DNA of 64,000 bases from Pavona decussata (lineage: Eukaryota), in the NCBI GenBank assembly GCA_977016875.1, contig CDRNST010000067.1, positions 1,674,001-1,738,000 of the forward strand, in the 5' to 3' direction. A program made the translations under genes and the position numbers. Positions 36,452 through 49,331 of the stretch are shown here, in pieces (the first letter of the stretch is position 1; each line of letters opens with the position of its first letter). Under the pieces are notes generated by a model, which had not been told where the DNA came from, did no database searches, and was given only the letters and a program-made list of their open reading frames with translations.

Positions 36452-39085
36452 TCAACAGCCACAGTGCGTGTAAAGTGATTGCACATCACTTCTACTGACA
36501 TTAAAGAAACCCCTTAGAATCATATCTTCTGGTTCAGGTGTAATGAGATGCATTAATTCATTCCCTCGAAGCCATGCTTTTACAATTGAAAATATTTCTT
36601 TGATGGGATTTAATTCGGGACAGTAAGGAGGGAGATATTCAACAAGTGCCCCAGTAGCCTGGATAATGTCCTCCACCCCTGCCTCGTGATGTGCTGCATG
36701 GTTATCAGTAGAAAAAGAAAAAGTAATTAGCGTTATAAAGAGTCCGACGTAGGCTTTTTTTTTTGGAAAATTCTGGGATGGCGTTCGGTATTTATTGAAA
36801 ACATAATTATCTGTCAAAATAATATGCACCTCCCCCCTCTATGAGCTTTGTTTGTAATAACTATGTATAATCCATTTTTTCTGCAAGTAATGTTCCCTTC
36901 AACGTTTCGTTGACGCTCTCTAACAAAGCCATTTCACGTACCACACCTCCCCTAACGATTCCTGTCTGCGTCGTCACTGTTTATGACGAAATGAACGTTC
37001 TGTCCTCTCTTTAAAAATTATACCCATAAAATGCGATTGCCAGAATCAGGCGGTAGAATGCAAAAGTTGGTGTCGATATCAAATGGCAAATCGCCATTGA
37101 TGGTAAAAGTCATAGAAGAAAGATAAAATTACAACTAATTTCTCCTGCAATGGTGTGTAAACATATTTGTTGTTCATCATACACTTACAGAAGAAACATT
37201 CCACCATATCTGTCCTGAAATTTTTAAAGCTCTGTTTTGTTTATCGGGCGGGAATAACTTGTGAAATTAAGCAAAATATTTTTTTACAATTTACACTTAC
37301 CCATAACAACAACAGAGTTCTCATTGACTCCATTGTATGGCTGAAGCAGCGGTACGATTTCATTTCTTAGGAACCGTTTGAATCGTCTTCCATTAGAGGA
37401 TTTTCTTGATAAATGGGCTGCAATAACGCCGTTATGACTTACAGCTGAAATGCATGTAACTCGTGGAGACCGAGGATTCACATAATTTCCTGTTGCTTCT
37501 TGTCCCCTCAAACTGTACCCGTAGTTCCTTGTTACTCCACGATCCTGATACAAAATCAAAATTTTAAAAAATTACTACGTGTATCTGAGGAAATTCTCAA
37601 AAATGAAGAAAAAGCGTTTTCTTAATGCCGTAAATTAAATAAATATATTTATTGTGTAATTGTTAAATTAGTTACAGTCAATCCACGTCACGAGTGAGCG
37701 ATATGTTTTAGAGTTTCAAAATTTACATTTCAGTTTTGAACACTGCAAACAAGATTTCAGATCGAGTTCCTGTAGAATTTTCTTAAGCTTATTGATGGTA
37801 TGAAGCTATTAATTTTTCTTTACATTCCCACATTAAGCATTTTAAGAATAGCAATTGTTTCTCAAGTATTTTTAATTTATTTTTTCTGTTAATGCATCTT
37901 TTTTGGAAGGGTTTCCAGAAAAAAGTTCAACATTCCATTCACATGTCGGATATTACAAAGAGAAATTCAAATGTCCACTTCATTCACGGAAATACTGGTC
38001 AAGGGTGACGTGAATTGACAGTAAATGCACACTTACAAAAAAGCATTAGTCCAAAAAAATTAGCTCCTTTGACCGAAACACAGAAATGACTTCCTCATAC
38101 TCCCTTTTCGGATCCAAATTTTTTTGAAAGGCAATGTTCTTGACCTACGTGGTGCTAAAAAAGAAACTTAAACAAAATAGTTATCATGACTGCTCTTCCA
38201 AATATCCTTGCATTTCAATAGGCCCTATCACAGTTTTCATCGCCATTTTGACGAGTAGGCAAACGGGCTTCCAATAACAGTTTGTTTGTAAATCCAATGT
38301 CAAATAATTTTCATACAACATCGCTTCTGAAAAATTCATGAATTGGAAACTTTTGGCACTATGAAAAGGATTTTAAGAAAAAAATTCAGTGGAGGGATGT
38401 GGCTGTGCCAGAAAGCGTAACGGTCGTGTTTTGAACTTTTCTACATATTTCCCAGTATTTTTTCCCGGGAACTATTTTGAGTAGCAGTTCACGGCTGGTT
38501 CGCTATACAGACAAAGGTATGGAAAATTCAAAACACGACTGGATGCTTTCTGGCGCAACTACATTCCTCCAATTTTTTTCCTAAAATCCTTTCCTGGTGC
38601 CAAAAGTTGCCAATACATGAATTTTTCAGAACCGATGTTATATGAATATCATTAGACATTGGATTTGCATACAAAAACTGTTATTTCAAGCCTGTTTGCC
38701 TACTCGTCAAATTGGCGTCGAAAACCGTGATCAAAGGTACTTACCAGTTTTGCGAGAATAGCCAAAACGCTTCAAAACCCGATTAATTCCGACCAGGCTT
38801 GACGAACTTCCTGTTGCACTTACTAAATATTGTTCCATTTCTGCCAAATATGAAGTGGGATGGCTCAAAACGTACTCCTTAAGTAGAAGAAGCTGGGCTT
38901 TGCTAAGGAGCGTTGAAATGTCATTGGCCGCGCGAACGTCACCATTTTCTTCGAATCTGTTCAGGATACAGGAAACTGTAGCAGTCGATATTCTTAATTG
39001 TTGTGCTATCGACCCGGGGGTTTTATTAGCTACGTAACAGCTCTATAATACGCCACCAAAGATCAGAGCTATATGCAGCAGGCAT
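36452..39085 (-). pseudogene. Four-exon IS630/Tc1-like (DDE_3, DD34E spacing) transposase
   Basis: Exons: 39085-38745 (MPAAYSSDLWWRII, HTH, ..FGYSRK), 38144-38037 (LIFLD*), 37544-37301 (YGYSLRG..LLQPYNGVNENSVVVM) and 36705-36452 (DNHAAHH..LPPYCPELNPIKE). A candidate terminus CACTCGTTTTC (minus strand) at 39332 abuts (TA)n. Confidence 0.88.
38217..38740. mobile_element. Palindromic MITE (~220-bp arms) in transposase intron 1
   Basis: The left arm ATCACAGTTTTCATCGCCATTTTGACGAGTAGGCAAAC.. is the reverse complement of the right arm ..GTTTGCCTACTCGTCAAATTGGCGTCGAAAACCGTGAT. Confidence 0.88.
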
Positions 39086-39419
39086 TTCAAACACCGGATT
39101 CCCCAGGTGGAATATAACATGTGGCTTTTTTCTTCCCATTTCCTTGCCTTTTAAATTAAAATTCTGCAAAACTTTGCACGGTAAGACATAAATCAACTTG
39201 GAATAAAAACGAGAAAATTGCATTGTTTCTTTGATGTAAAAAATATATCTCACGAGCGTCACCTTTTTAATGGGTATAGAAAAGGTATATATAACATATC
39301 TTTTCAAATTGCAACGTTTTTGAAAACGAGTGTATATATATATATATACCATCAGTGTTTCAACTGATTAAAGGCTTTCTTTTTTCCGTCTCATTTCCTC
39401 TATTACTGTCAAGATAAAA

Positions 39420-39826
39420 AAACAAACAATAAAAACAACAGGATATATGGCGCATGTGGTAAAACACATCGAGAAAAATGCTTGCGACGATTGAACTACA
39501 TTGAATTAACTCTGACTAAATACCTGTTGATAAAACAGCTTGCCTAGCAACTTCCGCCTGTACAAATTCGGAAAACGCCTAATAGCCTCGGCGACTTTCT
39601 CGTCCATGGAGTTGGACCCCAAAAAAACAACCAATAAAAACAACAGGATATATGGCGCATGTGGTAAAACACATCGAGAAAAATGCTTGCGACGATTGAA
39701 CTACATTGAATTAACTCTGACTAAATACCTGTTGATAAAACAGCTTGCCTAGCAACTTCCGCCTGTACAAATTCAGAAAACGCCTAACAGCCTCGGCGAC
39801 TTTCTCGTCCATGGAGTTGGACCCCA
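39420..39826. repeat. Near-perfect tandem duplication of ~205 bp
   Basis: AATAAAAACAACAGGATATATGGCGCATG...GGAGTTGGACCCCA occurs twice head to tail. Confidence 0.93.
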
Positions 39827-40025
39827 TATTTTCTCGTGACAGGCGGGAGGGTCTGGGACCCCGTAAACGGAGTTGGAAGAAAATGGAAACATTCTGATTC
39901 TTCTGACTCCGATTCCATCGCGCTTCTGACTCCACTTACGACTCTGATTTTGATTTTCACTGGATCATAAGCGCTCTTACGACTCCGCTTATGACGCCGA
40001 CTGCGTCGCTAGTGAAAACCAGCCT
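39760..40025 (-). mobile_element. Harbinger-type element end with the start of a MADF/Myb-like ORF
   Basis: Minus-strand terminus TAA|AGGCTGGTTTTCACTAGCGACG with GACTCCG repeats. The downstream peptide MDEKVAEAVRRF(P/L)NLY resembles a MADF N-terminus. Confidence 0.6.
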
Positions 40026-40029
40026 TTAA

Positions 40030-41320
40030 GGACATCGACTGATCAAGGTCGGATAAGCATTTCTCAATTTTAGCAATGTTGTTGGTTAGTTCCAGATCAT
40101 CATTAGTAGAAAAAGAAATGTACAACTGAGTATCATCGGCGTAGAAATGAAATTGCATGTCATGGAAACGTAGAATATTGGCAAGTGGAGTAGTGTAAAA
40201 GAGGTAGAGGATGGGCCGAAGAACGGAGCCTTTTTGAGGTACCCCACATTTGAGCGCACGAGACTGTGACTTCCTCCCGTCAATTAAGACAACCCGAGTG
40301 TGATTAGTAAGGTAAAGAGTGGAGCCAATCGAGTGCAGTGCAATTTTTTTTTTGAATTCTTGAGCAATATTTCGTGCTCGACAGTGTCAAATGCAGCGCA
40401 GAGATCAAGTAGCAGGAGCATGACACAGTGGCAATTATCAATAGCACGCAAAATATCATTATGAACGCAAACGAGGGCAGTTTCGCAGTTGTGAAAGAGT
40501 TTGTAGGCTGATTGTAGAGGCTCTGTTAGTTGGTTAAAATCAAGGTAAGCTTGAAGACGCACAGCGACAACCTTCTCAATAACTTTTGAGATAACCTTGA
40601 AGTTCGAGATAGGCCTAAAATTACCAAGAACTTCATAATCCAGATTTGTTTTCTTTAGTAGAGGTGTTAAAACGGCGTTTTTAAGAGACGAGGGCAAATG
40701 ACCGGATTCCAGTGACAAGTTTACAATCCTACAAATAGATGGTAATAGCAAGTCGAAGTGTTCTTTCAGTAACGTCGCAAGTTAAGGGTCTAGACAGCAT
40801 GATTTCTGTTCAACAGAACGAGCAATTTTCCATAATTCGGAATTTGAGGTGGGTGAAAAATTGCTAAACTCAATCAATGGTGGAAATGTCCAAGGAGGAA
40901 AAGAATTCAGGAATTTCTGAAGTAGTAAGTATGTTTCTGATACGGGCTATTTCATTTTCAAAAAAGGTGACAAATGTATTAGCGAGATCCTCAGCTGAAC
41001 AGCTGGTTGGGAAGCTTTTCTCTGCTTTCCTGTGGAGGACACGGTCAACTGAACGAAACAGGGCTTTACTGTCTTTGCCAGCCTCTAAATTAAGATTAGA
41101 GTAGTAACCCATTTTAACTCGAAAATGGTATTCCAAATAACAGCGCGTTGATCTGCATAGGATCGATAGTCTGATTCAAGTTTGGAGCGTCGCCAGCGTC
41201 TCTCAAGCTTGTGGCAGGTTGAATTCTGTTTTCTGATTTCCTCACTGTACCAAGGAGCATTAGGTTGTAAGGTGATGATCCTTGTGCGCAGAGGTGCATG
41301 TTTAGCTAAGATTGTGTGCC
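40030..41320 (-). mobile_element. L2 LINE RT fragment, degraded
   Basis: [75 protein letters not shown] and HFYADDTQLY. Confidence 0.9.
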
Positions 41321-41324
41321 TTCA

Positions 41325-41557
41325 ATTTTTGTCCATCAGAATGGCGGGTGGCACTCCTTATACAGTCTGGTGTAACATAAAAACACTAATGCAGCATTCC
41401 AGCCTTTAAATTTATTCATCAGAACGGCAGGTGACACACCTTTTACGATCAGGTGTAACATAAAAACACTAATGCAGCAATCCAGTTTTTGGATTTGATT
41501 CATCAGAATGGTGGATGACACACCTTATACAGTCTGGTGTAACATAAAAACACTAGT
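41325..41557. repeat. 83-84-bp minisatellite, left part (about 3 units)
   Basis: Unit TTCATCAGAACGGCGGGTGACACACCTTATACGATCTAGTGTAACATAAAAACACTAATGCAGCAATCCAGCCTTTAAATTT, with CATCAG at 41334, 41417 and 41501. Confidence 0.9.
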
Positions 41558-41573
41558 TAGTCAGGTGGCTTAA

Positions 41574-41854
41574 ATAAATGAAATAAATAAATCAATCAAT
41601 CAACTTTGTTTAACGAGGGTGACACTTAACAGTCTGACGACTGACAAACCTGTGGGCCTCGGATTCCAGATCGAATTGGAATTTGGAAATGTTGGCTTTT
41701 GTGGAGGGAGAAAAACCAGAGAACCCGGAGAAAAACCCTCGGAGCAAGGACGAGAACCAACAACAAACTCAACCCACATATGACGTCCAGTCCGGGAATC
41801 GAACCCGGGCCACATTGGTGGGAGGCGAGTCCTCTCACCACTGTGCCATCCCTG
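41574..41854 (-). mobile_element. tRNA-derived SINE (V-SINE-like) inserted in the Academ left TIR
   Basis: Minus-strand A box TGGCACAGTGG and B box GGTTCGATTCC, central GTGGGTTGAGTTTG..TTCTCCGGGT..GGTTT domain, and a (TTGA/TTTA)n tail. Confidence 0.9.
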
Positions 41855-42630
41855 GCAAGAGTGATAAAAGCATGAAATTTGGCACAGAAATTGCTTATGC
41901 CCTACCAAATGAAATTAGAAGGGGTGCCCAAGTCAATCTGCTCAGGTGTTCGTTTTATGGGGATATTTAGTTTTGACAGAAATCGAGATCTGGGTTCCCT
42001 GTGGTGTAAATATGCTTTATCACCCAAAAGCCCAGAAACGCTTACCAAATAAACTTTTCACCAGTTATCTATGTATCTTTTTGGTTTTCTAATTCATTTT
42101 TGTGAATTTTTGGATAAAACTGACCCTTTATACTTAGCAAAATTCGAAAAAAGACACAAAGGCTTGGACCCATGCCACTCTAGGTCATCCAAGATGGCGA
42201 CCCGAGTGTCAATCTGTTGTGTCTGTAAGTATCTGAAGAAACTGTGATAATTCTTTGCAAAAATCTTGAATTTGGTGTACTTATATGTAGAACATAAAAA
42301 TTAATATATTTGTTTATCTATTAGAATGGATTTAAGCCCGGTTTGCATGGCTTATCTTGGAATTATCGTTGTCATTTCAATGCTTTTGTTCGAGTTCTCT
42401 GAGTACATCATTGCTGGTCTGAAAGTGAAATATCTGTAAGTACCCTGCACCAACTGTTTGGTGCTTATCTGACGTCTTTGTTTAAGTACAACAAGAAGTA
42501 TGTTTGACGGCTTTTGGTTCAAATAGTTTATTCTAAGAATCATGAACATTTTGGAAAAATTTTGATAAAAGAAATAGTAGTTCAGTAGTTAATTTTGAAT
42601 CGCATTTTTCGTCTAGGAGTTTTAACTGCA

Positions 42631-45600
42631 ATGTCACTTGATTGGAAAGAGTGCGTCATTTGTCAGGAGTCTACAAAGGAAGCATTAAAGTGTCCGTTAA
42701 ACGGTCATGGTTCACCTGAAGCTAACGGGCAAACGTATGTGGGCTTTCTACAATACATCAACAGCTTTCGGGAAGCAAACATGTTACCCATGGAGCTTAA
42801 ATTTGGCGATGATGTCAATGTAGAATGCCTGTGTCTCAATCAAGGTTCTTGGCACAAGTCCTGTCACCTGAAATTTAGCATCTCAAAGCTGAAGAAAGCT
42901 AAAGAGCATGCCGACTGCAAACGAAGCGTAGACAGCAGAGCAGATGAGGAGGAAATAGCCACAGCGAAATGCAGGAAACGCCAGTCTGTCCACAAAGAGC
43001 GCTCGCAATGTTTATTTCGTAGTGAAGAAGATGAAGTTGATAAGCTACACTGTTTCTCGATGCTGGAAACCGATAGGAGCGTCCGTCAAATGGCACTTGA
43101 ACTTAAAGACTTTGAATTGTTGGGCCGTACGTCAGGGGGAGATTTAATTGCTGTTGAAGCAAAATATCATTTGAAATGCCTTATCTCGTTAAAAAATTGG
43201 TATAGATTACTCTGTTCACAGAAAGCACAAGATTCAAGTGATGGGGCGGATGAAAAAATGGACGAGTCAAGAGCATTTGTTGAGCTGCTTCAGTACATTA
43301 AAGGATGTGTAGAAAACGAAACTCATCTGTTTATGCTTTCTGAGCTGTCATCGTTGTACATCCAGAGGCTTGAAGATCTTGGACTTACAAAAACCATAAA
43401 TAAAACTATGTTAACCCATAACGCACCGTGCCGGCCAAAACCGGCCGTGATTTTGGGCTCATCTGCACGCACTCCACGATTTGAGCCTACCTCCCCTAGA
43501 AGGGAAGTTTTTGTCCCCTATTGTCTCATTGTCTTCAGAAAGGACTGACCAATCAGAATCCACTTACTGCGCATATATTTTTAGGACTTAGGGGGGCCCA
43601 GACAAAAGAGCTTTTTGTCTTTACGAAGAGGTGTCCGATTTCCATTTTTGTTGCCTCGTGGGCCGCGCGGCTAAATTTTCAGTCGCCGATTTTCGCGTTT
43701 TCTGAAGGAAAACACACCTTTTTGAAATGGTAAATCGAAAAAAGAACTGCTAAGGAATAATCAACAGTTTCGACAGCGAAAATCCGAGAAATAAATGCGA
43801 GGAAATTGCGCTTCGAGTACGAGTTGTTGTTTTATCCAGGCGACGAGCAAGCGGACAGCTCAAATCATTATTCAGGCCACGGGCTTTCTGCAAAATTTTA
43901 GACTCCTTCTGGGAATTCAACAGCCAAACAAAAAACAGGTTTGATTGGGAATTGGAACTGAAATACTATTCTAATTGACCGATTCTTTGCATTCTGAACA
44001 GTTTTTGCGAAATTATTGAAAAACGTGCCCCGCCGGGTTGATAAATTCACTTCGAATTGGACTTGTTCTTTCAAATCGCTTGCGCATCGCTCGTCTTGCA
44101 TTTATAATTATACGCGTTTCTTTCTAAGGCATAAACAAAGACTTTTCTGAATAAATTTTTCATTTAGGAAAGCTTTCTGTGTGTTTTTCTTTCTGTTTTC
44201 ACTGAGAAAACGTGATAACTGTGTAGTCTTGCGTAAACAAACACATGCTCTCGAGACGGTTCAAATTTTGCCATGTGACGCGCGGATCAAATTACATCGA
44301 AATTTCGCAAATTTTTACCTTCAAGTTTGTTTTTTGAAAAATTTTTAATTGGCAACTAGTGTATTTTATTCCATAATTCGCAATTTTAACTATGTTAGAC
44401 CAAAGGGGTGTTGTTTTCTTCGCCCTGTAAGTTATGTATTTTTACTGCACATGGGGTAGGAAATAACCACTGCCAATTTTGCTGAATTTTGAAAAACCTC
44501 TGGAAATGGCTGGGACATAATGGGTTAAAGAAAGCCTTATTGGAACATTTCAAAGGAACACTGCAAGAACAAGCTGATGGACGAAACACCATTCTAGCTT
44601 TCCAGGAGGCAATAAGTAGCCTATTAAAAGATGCTTTGAAAGAATGTGACATTTCTGAAGACGCCGAAATTCTGGCAAGGGCTGCAACGATTGTAAGGAA
44701 AGATATTTTTGCTCACAAAGGCTTTAATTTTTCTCGATGCTTTTCATTGGACTGCCGATCCAAATGTTCACCATCTAGTTTGAAATCCCTTGTTTCTATG
44801 ATTCTCAATGGACTTGACATTAAGGATCAAGAGAAGTCTGAAAGTCAAGCATGTCTAACTATCTGTGAGACGATTATTTTCAATACTGAGAAGAGGTCCT
44901 GCAAGACCAAAACTGAACAAACTCGCCATTCTGCATCTCGTGAGCCACCTCTACCTCTCTACATTGGTCTAAGCATACACAACACGACCAGAAGTATGAC
45001 ACTCATTGAAAAGATGTATAAATTGGGCATTTCTGTTTCCTACGATCGCATCATGCAAATAAAAGACTGGCTTGTGACATCTCTTTGCCAGCGCTTCAGG
45101 GAAGACGGATGTGTATCTCTCGCTTGTTTAAGAAAAGGAATATTTTCTGTAGGTGCGCTTCACAACCTGGATCATAATCCCAGTTCTACGACATCAGTCT
45201 CATCATTCCACGGAACTGGCATCAGCATATTCCAGTTTCGAACGGAAAGCGAGCCTGGTTAAGGTAGGCCCCCACTAGCAATTCCACTGTCTGTAACAGA
45301 ACACCAAGGACTGCCAGAAAGCTATGTAGCCGTCCCTGCAGTTGCATTAACCACAAGTTCAGTTTCTGCACCAGCCTGCAGCACTACACCACTGCACGGT
45401 AATGTTAGCTTTGACGAAACTATACAGCAAGAAGGTCGCTGAGTGAGCCACGCTTTAACCAAACTCAGCAACGATGACGTAAGTGCTGAAGATTCTATCG
45501 CATGGGCTGCTTATCACCCTAGCCATCAGCAAAAAACAAACAATCTGCCTGCCACAACAGCACTCCTTCCATTGTTTTATGAGAAGGCAGATACCCCTGC

Positions 45601-48600
45601 AATGGTAAAACATGGAATGGACATGCTAAGAGAAGCAACATCATTCCTTAATCTGGGACAAGTGCCAGTTATCATAGTGGATCAGCCTTTGTTTGCGCTG
45701 GCAAAAGCCATTCAGTGGAAGTGGCCAGCTGAATATGGGGAACACAAGTTCCTCGTCATGTTTGGTGGACTCCATATGGAAATGGCGATGTGGAGCACAG
45801 TTGGCAATCTCCTTGACGGTAGTAGGTGGACCACCATAACAGAAGCGGAGATGGCTTCATCTGGCATAGGGCAAGGATTACTGAAGGCATCAAATCTTAC
45901 CAGAATCAGGTAATTGCTGCAGGCTAATGCTAATGCTAATGTTAATGATTAGTTTGAGGAATTACATTCGAAGTTGTTGAATGATACTTCTATTTATCTA
46001 TTTCACTACAGGCATGCTCTCCAAGTTACCTTGCTGGCTCTTTACAACATGAAGCAAAAAGGCTTCTTGGCATCCGCCAGTGATGGAGCTTCATTTGCAG
46101 AGTGGGAGGACACCATGAGGCAGAGAAGTCCCACGTTTCTCTTCTGGGATTTGGTGATGAGATATGAGACTCTGATTCTCATTTTTGTCCGGGCACACAG
46201 GGAAATAAATTTCTCTGTGTTGGTGGATGTGTTAGAGCAAATAGTGCCACTATTCTTTGCCCTTGACCACACAAACTATGCTCGCTGGGTTCCCAACCAT
46301 GCCAGGGACATGAAATCTCTTCCGCAATCCATCAGACATGAATTCCAGGAGCACCATCACTGGGTTCTGTCAAAGTCGGGGAACACATTCTCTGCAATGC
46401 TGCTGAACCAAGCCCACGAACAGGAGAAGAAGATTAACGGTGGCCGGGGTGCAGTTGGTCTAACTGAGAATCCTGTAGCCTTCAGGTACATACAAACAAG
46501 CAAAATAATATTTTTCCTCTTAAGGCTTCTCTCCATGTAATCGAATTGCGTATCCGAAGCTTACGTGTTTTCGCGCAACTAGGAACGGGGCGATACAGCA
46601 ATAATACAGATCTAGCCCTTATAAAATTATGCGCCATAGCTATTCTGACATATGTGATATGTAATTCGGCATGCAAACAACAGAACTTATTTATTTCTTT
46701 TATAGACGGTGGATGCTGTCAGGTCCAAAGCTTTCAAGAATGATACACCAGTTTGAGGACCAATTCCTCTCAAGCCAGGATCCAGACAATCCGAAGAACT
46801 TTCAGAATCACGAATCAGGTCGAGCAGCTCAGAAAAGCTTCCATCTGTAAATGAAAAACCTCTGCGATGTGGTGAGACAAGCAGGAAATCTTTTCCCGAA
46901 TTAGTCACCCTTGACAGCAGAGACTGTGCAGACATCACTGTAGTCGAGTCAGTCGAAAAACTTGACCAACCTGGCAAGGAGCAATACCAGAAATACGTCA
47001 CAGGTGTTATTAAGAATCGCTCAAGATCCATCCTCGATCTAATAAAGAAGAATAATCTCCCTAGCTTCCAAAAGAATCACAAAAGGGTAACTTCAAAGCA
47101 AGGGAAATAGATCGCAGTTCTCCAAAGCAATTTACACCTGTTCGCCCAATTGTACGTCACATTACAAAGCCGTGATGGAGATATGAAAGAGTTCTTCAGC
47201 CATGAAGTGCAATCCTTTCCACCCGCGCGGTCAGATTTTGGAAACCTGCGCCTTCCAAGTGCCAAGTCCGATCCCTTGAAATGTCTGCTGCCAACTGGCC
47301 ATGACCATATCGATCCACCCGCTCAGTTTGACTGCAAAGTCTTGGATGGCGCAGTAATTGTCCACTGTCTGTCGAAAGCAGAAGCTGAGAAGGTATTCAT
47401 ACCTCTTCTCCTGCAGCAGCTCAATCAAAGCAAACGTGTGGACGTTGTGTGGGACACATACATTGCTGACAGCCTTAAAGAAGCAACAAGGGAGAAAAGA
47501 GGCCAAGGAGTAAGAAGGAAAGTAGCAGGCCAAACGAAGCTTCCTACGAATTGGATGATGTTCCTTTAAGACCCTAACAACAAGTCCGAACTGTTTTCAT
47601 TTCTGACATCGAAGGTGGCAAGATCCCAATGGCCCCTTGACAGAACATTGTACATTACATCCGGTTAGTAATACCTCTTTATTGTATTGATTTTAATCGA
47701 TGAATTGTCCTATTCTGTTTCATTTGTATTGCTTTAGTTTGTGTTTTGATTATATTCCAGGAACATCTGTGGTATTCCATGGATCTGAACACGTAATGGG
47801 CCAGTGCAACCATGAAGAGGCGGACACCCACATATTTGTCCATGTGTGTCACACTCTGGAGGGGGTGCAGAATCTGTCCAGGTCAGGACAGTTGACACCG
47901 ACGTTGTCGTGATCCTTGTTGGAAAGCTTCATGATCTCTTAGCCTACAACCAATGTGCTAAAGTATGGGTGGCGTTTTGGCATGGGATGCCACTTCTCGC
48001 TTATTAGCATCAACAGAATCTGTGCTGCTCTTGGAGAGTCCGCGCATTCACTGGGTGTGATTGTACTTCGCAGTTCTGTGGAATCCTAAAGACGACATCA
48101 TGGCGAGCATGGGAATCAAATCGAGAAGTAACACCTGTCCTGAAGCACATCGCAACTCATCCCTTTCAGCAGCTTAGTGTCTCCTCAGAGAATTTCCAGA
48201 AGCTAGAGACAATGACCATCGTAATGTATGATAAATCAAGTCCCCTGGAATCTGTGAATGAGGCAAGAATGATGCTGTTCTCAAAGCGCAACAGAGAGTT
48301 GGACAATATTCCTCCGACACAGGTAAAACACAATGTTAGTGATAGATTATCGGTAAAATTAATCTACCGACAATTAAGATAACCAGAAAGTTTTAATTCG
48401 TTAGAACAAATCTGCAAATAGATTATAAGGAAGTAAGCACTACATTTTACTAAAGGTAAAAGTGGAGCTATAGCTTGCTGTCTAAGTATAAACAACTTGA
48501 ATTTCAGGACGCACTACTGAAACATACTCAGAGGGCAGTATACCAGGCAGGCATTGGAGGTCATCAGAACAAGCAATGCTGGATGTTCCTCCCCTCACAG

Positions 48601-48790
48601 AGTTCTCATGGGTCAAAGGAGAGGGCAACCAGTGGCAACCGGTTTGGATGACTATCCCCAAAGTGTCACCTCAGGCAGAGAGCTGATTAAGTGCACCTGC
48701 AAAGGGCGCTGTTTGCGCTGCAAGTGCGCTGGAGAAAAGTTGAAGTGCAAGCCATTGTGTAAATGTGGCTGCCCTGACAGCCAATTTTAG
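42631..48790 (+). pseudogene. Academ transposase (DDE-like core + XPG/FEN1-like nuclease + C-terminal Cys cluster), multi-exon, disrupted
   Basis: DWKECVICQ, WHKSC, DLIAVEAKYHLKC, NLDHNPSSTT..FHGTGIS, VDQPLF, GGLHMEM, DHTNYARW, VLDGAVIVH, RVDVVWDTY, HEEADT, TVDTDVV, FTGCD, IPPT and CTCKGRCLRCKC..CKPLCKC, with several stops. Confidence 0.92.
43415..44524. mobile_element. Non-autonomous piggyBac element inside Academ exon 1
   Basis: TTAA|CCCAT...ATGGG|TTAA. Removing it restores the frame KTINKTML-KKALLEHFKG. Confidence 0.92.
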
Positions 48791-49331
48791 AACAAGGTCG
48801 ACTATGCGTAGCGAGCATTTTCGTCAGTTTCTAAAGCAGAGAACATTCACAAACGTATATTGGCTAAGAGAAAGGTGGATTTGGGAAGGTTTTAGGAATG
48901 TACATAAGCATTCCCTAATTTGATGTATGGAAAGATGCAGTCAATTTGCCCGCAATTTTCCCTACTTATCTGCTACATTTTTACGACCGAGCAGAGACTG
49001 GCCCTAGTGCTGTAATAAGGCTTTGCTGAGGCTATTTCAAATTCAGTCTTCATGACAGTAGCGTAGTATATATGAAAGTGATTAAAACAAGATTAAAAAT
49101 TTAGCTTTAAATGGTGATAAAATAAATGTGCAAACAATTGCACCACAGGGAACCCAGCTCTGGATTTCTGTCAAAACTAAATATCCCCTTAAAACGGACA
49201 CCTGAGTAGATTGACTTGGGCACCCCTTCTAACTTCATTTGGTAGGGCATAAGCAATTTCTGTGCCAAATTTCATGCTTTTATCACTCTCGTCACAATCC
49301 AGCCTAAATTCTGCATTAAGCCACCTGACTA

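Larger units (their letters stand above)
41558..49331 (+). mobile_element. Academ (AcademX-type) DNA transposon, full length
   Basis: Termini TAGTCAGGTGGCTTAA / TTAAGCCACCTGACTA, long TIR (41857-42010 versus 49140-49290), 3-bp TSD AGT/AAT, and an internal transposase gene. Confidence 0.93.

Noticed and set aside
41325-41557. Tandem hammerhead ribozymes in the 83-bp repeat (CTGATGA on the minus strand of most units)
   Set aside because: No stem II followed by GAAA (units read TTTAAAGG or TTGAAGG), and I could not form stem III.
41780-41854. tRNA gene
   Set aside because: A and B boxes are present but continue into a SINE body and tail, and there is no complete cloverleaf.
41600-41970. Short ORFs in the track over the SINE, MITEs and antisense to TE genes
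   Set aside because: They are incidental frames in non-coding repeats or shadows of opposite-strand coding sequence.
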